Shown one piece after another: positions 57,201 through 64,000 of a stretch of 64,000 nucleotides of DNA; the stretch's first letter is position 1, and the number at the start of each line of letters is the position of its first letter. A model generated the notes under the pieces. That model saw only the letters and a program-made list of their open reading frames with translations, did not search any database and was not told the DNA's origin. The stretch comes from the human T2T-CHM13v2.0 reference genome, Homo sapiens. A program made the translations under genes and the position numbers. The DNA lies in NCBI RefSeq assembly GCF_009914755.1, contig NC_060946.1; one strand, given 5' to 3'.

Positions 57201-60200
57201 GGAAAGGCAATGTTCAACTCTGTGACTTGAATGCAGACATCACAGAGCAGTTTCTGAGAATGCTTCTGTCTAGATTTTATAGGAAGATATTCCCGTTTCC
57301 AACGAAATCTTCACAGCTATCCAAATATCCACTTGCAGATTCTACAAAAAGAGTGTATCAAAACTGCTCTGTCAAAAGGAAGGTTCTTCTCTGTTAGGTG
57401 AGTGCATACGTCATAAAGGAGTTTCTGAGAATGTTTCTGTCTAGTGGTTATGGGAAGATATTTGCTTTTTCACCGTAGGCCTCAGAGCGCTCCAAATATC
57501 CACTTGCACATACTACAAAAAGAGTGCCTCAAAGCTGCTCTCTGAAACGGAATGTTCAACTCTATGAGTTGAATGCAAACATCACAAAGACGTTTCTGAG
57601 AATGCTTCTGTCTAGATTTGATATGAAGATATTCCCGTTTCCAACGAAATCTTCAAATCTATCCAAATGTCCACTTGCAGATTCAACAAAAAGTGTTTTT
57701 CAGAACTGCTCTATCAAAAGAAAGATCCACCTCTGTTAGCTGAGTTCACACATCACAAACAAGTTTATGAGAATGCTTCTGTCTAGTTTTTATTTGAAGA
57801 TATTTCCTTTCTCACCATAGACCTGAAAGCTGTCCTAATGTTCACTTCCAGATACTACAGAAAGAGTGTTTCAAAACTGCTGTACGAAAGGGAATGTTCA
57901 ACTCTGTGACTTGAATGCACACATCACAAAGAAGTTTCTGAGGATGCTGCTGTCTACTTTTTATACGTAATCCCGTTTCCAACGAAATCCTCCAAGCTAT
58001 CCAAATATCCACTTGCAGATTCCACAGAAAGACTGTTTCAAAACTGCTCTGTCAATAGAAAGGTTCAACTCTGTTAGCTGCGTGCATATATCCCAAAGAA
58101 GATTCTGAGATTCCTTCTGTCTAGTTTTTATGGGAAGATATTTCCCTTTTCACCGTAGGCGTCAAGGCGCTCCAAATGTCCACTTCCAGATACTACAAAA
58201 AGAGTGTTTCAAACCTACTCTGTGAAAGGGAATATTCAACTCTGTGACTTGAATGCACATATCACAAAGACGTTTCTGAGAATGCTTCTGTCGAGATTTT
58301 ATATGAAGATATTCCCGTTTCCAACGAAATCCTGAAATCTATCCAAATATCCCCTCGCAGATTCTACAAAAAGAGTGTTTCAAAACTGCTCTGTAAAAAG
58401 AAAGGTTCAACTCTGTTAGTTGAGTACACACATCACAAACAAGTTTCACAGAATGCTTCTTTCTAGCTTGTAGGGGAAGATATTCCCTTTATCACCATGG
58501 TCCTCAAACCGTCCGAAACGTCCACTTCCATATACTACAAAAAGAGCGTTTCAAACCTGCTCTAGGAAAGGCAATGTTCAACTCTGTGACTTGAATGCAG
58601 ACATCACAGAACAGTTTCTGAGAATGCTTCTGTCTAGATTTTATAGGAAGATATTCCCGTTTCCAACGAAATCTTCACAGCTATCCAAATATCCACTTGC
58701 AGATTCTACAAAAAGAGTGTATCAAAACTGCTCTGTCAAAAGGAAGGTTCTTCTCTGTTAGGTGAGTGCATACGTCATAAAGGAGTTTCTGAGAATGTTT
58801 CTGTCTAGTGGTTATGGGAAGATATTTGCTTTTTCACCGTAGGCCTCAGAGCGCTCCAAATATCCACTTGCACATACTACAAAAAGAGTGCCTCAAAGCT
58901 GCTCTCTGAAACGGAATGTTCAACTCTATGAGTTGAATGCAAACATCACAAAGACGTTTCTGAGAATGCTTCTGTCTAGATTTGATATGAAGATATTCCC
59001 GTTTCCAACGAAATCTTCAAATCTATCCAAATGTCCACTTGCAGATTCAACAAAAAGTGTTTTTCAGAACTGCTCTATCAAAAGAAAGATCCACCTCTGT
59101 TAGCTGAGTTCACACATCACAAACAAGTTTATGAGAATGCTTCTGTCTAGTTTTTATTTGAAGATATTTCCTTTCTCACCATAGACCTGAAAGCTGTCCT
59201 AATGTTCACTTCCAGATACTACAGAAAGAGTGTTTCAAAACTGCTGTACGAAAGGGAATGTTCAACTCTGTGACTTGAATGCACACATCACAAAGAAGTT
59301 TCTGAGGATGCTGCTGTCTACTTTTTATACGTAATCCCGTTTCCAACGAAATCCTCCAAGCTATCCAAATATCCACTTGCAGATTCCACAGAAAGACTGT
59401 TTCAAAACTGCTCTGTCAATAGAAAGGTTCAACTCTGTTAGCTGCGTGCATATATCCCAAAGAAGATTCTGAGATTGCTTCTGTCTAGTTTTTATGGGAA
59501 GATATTTCCCTTTTCACCGTAGGCGTCAAGGCGCTCCAAATGTCCACTTCCAGATACTACAAAAAGAGTGTTTCAAACCTACTCTGTGAAAGCGAATATT
59601 CAACTCTGTGACTTGAATGCACATATCACAAAGAAGTTTCTGAGAATGCTTCTGTCGAGATTTTATATGAAGATATTCCCGTTTCCAACGAAATCCTGAA
59701 ATCTATCCAAATATCCCCTCGCAGATTCTACAAAAAGAGTGTTTCAAAACTGCTCTGTAAAAAGAAAGGTTCAACTCTGTTAGTTGAGTACACACATCAC
59801 AAACAAGTTTCACAGAATGCTTCTTTCTAGCTTGTAGGGGAAGATATTCCCTTTATCACCATGGGCCTCCAACCGTCCGAAACGTCCACTTCCATATACT
59901 ACAAAAAGAGCGTTTCAAACCTGCTCTATGAAAGGCAATGTTCAACTCTGTGACTTGAATGCAGACATCACAGAGCAGTTTCTGAGAATGCTTCTGTCTA
60001 GATTTTATAGGAAGATATTCCCGTTTCCAACGAAATCTTCACAGCTATCCAAATATCCACTTGCAGATTCTACAAAAAGAGTGTATCAAAACTGCTCTGT
60101 CAAAAGGAAGGTTCTTCTCTGTTAGGTGAGTGCATACGTCATAAAGGAGTTTCTGAGAATGTTTCTGTCTAGTGGTTATGGGAAGATATTTGCTTTTTCA

Positions 60201-63200
60201 CCGTAGGCCTCAGAGCGCTCCAAATATCCACTTGCACATACTACAAAAAGAGTGCCTCAAAGCTGCTCTTTGAAACGGAATGTTCAACTCTATGAGTTGA
60301 ATGCAAACATCACAAAGACGTTTCTGAGAATGCTTCTGTCTAGATTTGATATGAAGATATTCCCGTTTCCAACGAAATCTTCAAATCTATCCAAATGTCC
60401 ACTTGCAGATTCAACAAAAAGTGTTTTTCAGAACTGCTCTATCAAAAGAAAGATCCACATCTGTTAGCTGAGTTCACACATCACAAACAAGTTTATGAGA
60501 ATGCTTCTGTCTAGTTTTTATTTGAAGATATTTCCTTTCTCACCATAGACCTGAAAGCTGTCCTAATGTTCACTTCCAGATACTACAGAAAGAGTGTTTC
60601 AAAACTGCTGTATGAAAGGGAATGTTCAACTCTGTGACTTGAATGCACACATCACAAAGAAGTTTCTGAGGATGCTGCTGTCTACTTTTTATATGTAATC
60701 CGGTTTCCAACGAAATCCTCCAAGCTATCCAAATATCCACTTGCAGATTCCACAGAAAGACTGTTTCAAAACTGCTCTGTCAATAGAAAGGTTCAACTCT
60801 GTTAGCTGCGTGCATATATCCCAAAGAAGATTCTGAGATTGCTTCTGTCTAGTTTTTATGGGAAGATATTTCCCTTTTCACCGTAGGCGTCAAGGCGCTC
60901 CAAATGTCCACTTCCAGATACTACAAAAAGAGTGTTTCAAACCTACTCTGTGAAAGGGAACATTCAACTCTGTGACTTGAATGCACATATCACAAAGAAG
61001 TTTCTGAGAATGCTTCTGTCGAGATTTTATATGAAGATATTCCCGTTTCCAACGAAATCCTGAAATCTATCCAAATATCCCCTCGCAGATTCTACAAAAA
61101 GAGTGTTTCAAAACTGCTCTGTAAAAAGAAAGGTTCAACTCTGTTAGTTGAGTACACACATCACAAACAAGTTTCACAGAATGCTTCTTTCTAGCTTGTA
61201 GGGGAAGATATTCCCTTTATCACCATGGGCCTCCAACCGTCCGAAACGTCCACTTCCATATACTACAAAAAGAGCGTTTCAAACCTGCTCTAGGAAAGGC
61301 AATGTTCAACTCTGTGACTTGAATGCAGACATCACAGAGCAGTTTCTGAGAATGCTTCTGTCTAGATTTTATAGGAAGATATTCCCGTTTCCAACGAAAT
61401 CTTCACAGCTATCCAAATATCCACTTGCAGATTCTACAAAAAGAGTGTATCAAAACTGCTCTGTCAAAAGGAAGGTTCTTCTCTGTTAGGTGAGTGCATA
61501 CGTCATAAAGGAGTTTCTGAGAATGTTTCTGTCTAGTGGTTATGGGAAGATATTTGCTTTTTCACCGTAGGCCTCAGAGCGCTCCAAATATCCACTTGCA
61601 CATACTACAAAAAGAGTGCCTCAAAGCTGCTCTCTGAAACGGAATGTTCAACTCTATGAGTTGAATGCAAACATCACAAAGACGTTTCTGAGAATGCTTC
61701 TGTCTAGATTTGATATGAAGATATTCCCGTTTCCAACGAAATCTTCAAATCTATCCAAATGTCCACTTGCAGATTCAACAAAAAGTGTTTTTCAGAACTG
61801 CTCTATCAAAAGAAAGATCCACCTCTGTTAGCTGAGTTCACACATCACAAACAAGTTTATGAGAATGCTTCTGTCTAGTTTTTATTTGAAGATATTTCCT
61901 TTCTCACCATAGACCTGAAAGCTGTCCTAATGTTCACTTCCAGATACTACAGAAAGAGTGTTTCAAAACTGCTGTACGAAAGGGAATGTTCAACTCTGTG
62001 ACTTGAATGCACACATCACAAAGAAGTTTCTGAGGATGCTGCTGTCTACTTTTTATACGTAATCCCGTTTCCAACGAAATCCTCCAAGCTATCCAAATAT
62101 CCACTTGCAGATTCCACAGAAAGACTGTTTCAAAACTGCTCTGTCAATAGAAAGGTTCAACTCTGTTAGCTGCGTGCATATATCCCAAAGAAGATTCTGA
62201 GATTCCTTCTGTCTAGTTTTTATGGGAAGATATTTCCCTTTTCACCGTAGGCGTCAAGGCGCTCCAAATGTCCACTTCCAGATACTACAAAAAGAGTGTT
62301 TCAAACCTACTCTGTGAAAGGGAATATTCAACTCTGTGACTTGAATGCACATATCACAAAGAAGTTTCTGAGAATGCTTCTGTCGAGATTTTATATGAAG
62401 ATATTCCCGTTTCCAACGAAATCCTGAAATCTATCCAAATATCCCCTCGCAGATTCTACAAAAAGAGTGTTTCAAAACTGCTCTGTAAAAAGAAAGGTTC
62501 AACTCTGTTAGTTGAGTACACACATCACAAACAAGTTTCACAGAATGCTTCTTTCTAGCTTGTAGGGGAAGATATTCCCTTTATCACCATGGTCCTCAAA
62601 CCGTCCGAAACGTCCACTTCCATATACTACAAAAAGAGCGTTTCAAACCTGCTCTAGGAAAGGCAATGTTCAACTCTGTGACTTGAATGCAGACATCACA
62701 GAACAGTTTCTGAGAATGCTTCTGTCTAGATTTTATAGGAAGATATTCCCGTTTCCAACGAAATCTTCACAGCTATCCAAATATCCACTTGCAGATTCTA
62801 CAAAAAGAGTGTATCAAAACTGCTCTGTCAAAAGGAAGGTTCTTCTCTGTTAGGTGAGTGCATACGTCATAAAGGAGTTTCTGAGAATGTTTCTGTCTAG
62901 TGGTTATGGGAAGATATTTGCTTTTTCACCGTAGGCCTCAGAGCGCTCCAAATATCCACTTGCACATACTACAAAAAGAGTGCCTCAAAGCTGCTCTCTG
63001 AAACGGAATGTTCAACTCTATGAGTTGAATGCAAACATCACAAAGACGTTTCTGAGAATGCTTCTGTCTAGATTTGATATGAAGATATTCCCGTTTCCAA
63101 CGAAATCTTCAAATCTATCCAAATGTCCACTTGCAGATTCAACAAAAAGTGTTTTTCAGAACTGCTCTATCAAAAGAAAGATCCACCTCTGTTAGCTGAG

Positions 63201-64000
63201 TTCACACATCACAAACAAGTTTATGAGAATGCTTCTGTCTAGTTTTTATTTGAAGATATTTCCTTTCTCACCATAGACCTGAAAGCTGTCCTAATGTTCA
63301 CTTCCAGATACTACAGAAAGAGTGTTTCAAAACTGCTGTACGAAAGGGAATGTTCAACTCTGTGACTTGAATGCACACATCACAAAGAAGTTTCTGAGGA
63401 TGCTGCTGTCTACTTTTTATACGTAATCCCGTTTCCAACGAAATCCTCCAAGCTATCCAAATATCCACTTGCAGATTCCACAGAAAGACTGTTTCAAAAC
63501 TGCTCTGTCAATAGAAAGGTTCAACTCTGTTAGCTGCGTGCATATATCCCAAAGAAGATTCTGAGATTGCTTCTGTCTAGTTTTTATGGGAAGATATTTC
63601 CCTTTTCACCGTAGGCGTCAAGGCGCTCCAAATGTCCACTTCCAGATACTACAAAAAGAGTGTTTCAAACCTACTCTGTGAAAGCGAATATTCAACTCTG
63701 TGACTTGAATGCACATATCACAAAGAAGTTTCTGAGAATGCTTCTGTCGAGATTTTATATGAAGATATTCCCGTTTCCAACGAAATCCTGAAATCTATCC
63801 AAATATCCCCTCGCAGATTCTACAAAAAGAGTGTTTCAAAACTGCTCTGTAAAAAGAAAGGTTCAACTCTGTTAGTTGAGTACACACATCACAAACAAGT
63901 TTCACAGAATGCTTCTTTCTAGCTTGTAGGGGAAGATATTCCCTTTATCACCATGGGCCTCCAACCGTCCGAAACGTCCACTTCCATATACTACCAAAAG
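45248..64000. repeat. Copy 2 (truncated by the window end) of the 17-HOR duplication
   Basis: Matching SNPs at 52510, 56501, 58271 and 60961, and the same order of HOR haplotypes. Confidence 0.85.

Larger units (their letters stand above)
1..64000 (-). repeat. Centromeric alpha-satellite higher-order repeat array (~171-bp monomers, 8-mer HOR of 1364 bp, ~47 copies; minus strand relative to the conventional CENP-B box orientation)
   Basis: Alpha-satellite motifs recur about every 171 bp (e.g. TTTCTGAGAATGCTTCTGTCTAG, TTCAACTCTGTGACTTGAATGC). The 71-aa pseudo-ORF recurs every 1364 bp (1363 in three cases) from 239 to 62980, and copies are nearly identical. Confidence 0.99.
1..64000. repeat. 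Likely SF2 dimeric 8-mer HOR of the D14Z9/D22Z1 (S2C14/22H1L) type
   Basis: 8-mer of 1364 bp with alternating box-bearing and box-less monomers. The assignment is from recalled HOR sizes, not from a search. 8-mer variants of D18Z1 or D20Z2 cannot be excluded without alignment, and chr14 vs chr22 cannot be resolved here. Confidence 0.65.

Noticed and set aside
1278-60125. Intermittent 65-92-aa ORF (MKGNVQLCDL...) that looks switched on and off
   Set aside because: Its presence depends on a single TCTATG/TCTAGG SNP, and the 92-aa form on one TAG>TAC change at 1475. This is repeat polymorphism, not phase variation or a gene family.
239-63195. 47 copies of a 71-aa ORF (MPQSCSLKRNVQL...)
   Set aside because: Chance stop-free frame across alpha-satellite monomers. 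It starts at GTG, has no gene context and recurs only because the HOR does. It is useful only as a haplotype marker.
1-64000. CRISPR-like array (regular conserved 17-mers with intervening sequence)
   Set aside because: The intervening sequences are ~325 bp, homologous to each other and periodic, and there are no cas genes. The conserved motif is the CENP-B box.
1-64000. Transposon insertion, inversion or monomer-deletion HOR variant
   Set aside because: The period stays 1364/1363 bp on one strand throughout, leaving no room for any of these.
1-64000. A previously undescribed biological system
   Set aside because: Everything visible is explained by known alpha-satellite HOR biology. The novelty is limited to the local duplication and recombination history.

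Overview
The whole 64 kb window is one uninterrupted, single-orientation array of primate (human-type) centromeric alpha satellite. About 171-bp monomers are organised as an 8-monomer higher-order repeat (HOR) of 1364 bp, in about 47 copies, with a CENP-B box in every second monomer. This fits a dimeric suprachromosomal family (SF2); the unit size best matches D14Z9/D22Z1 (S2C14/22H1L), but the chromosome is not proven. There are no genes, and all ORFs in the track are translations of the repeat. I found no new protein-coding system, transposon insertion, inversion or monomer-deletion HOR variant. The hidden structure is in the SNP pattern: a recent 17-HOR (23,188 bp) tandem duplication; nested 3- and 4-HOR modules; an amplified HOR haplotype with a disrupted CENP-B box that creates an HpaII/MspI site; short patches of divergent haplotype consistent with gene conversion; and a shift from a heterogeneous mosaic (1-21.5 kb) to a homogeneous, recently expanded zone (22-64 kb). 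SNP comparisons were made by eye and should be confirmed by alignment.
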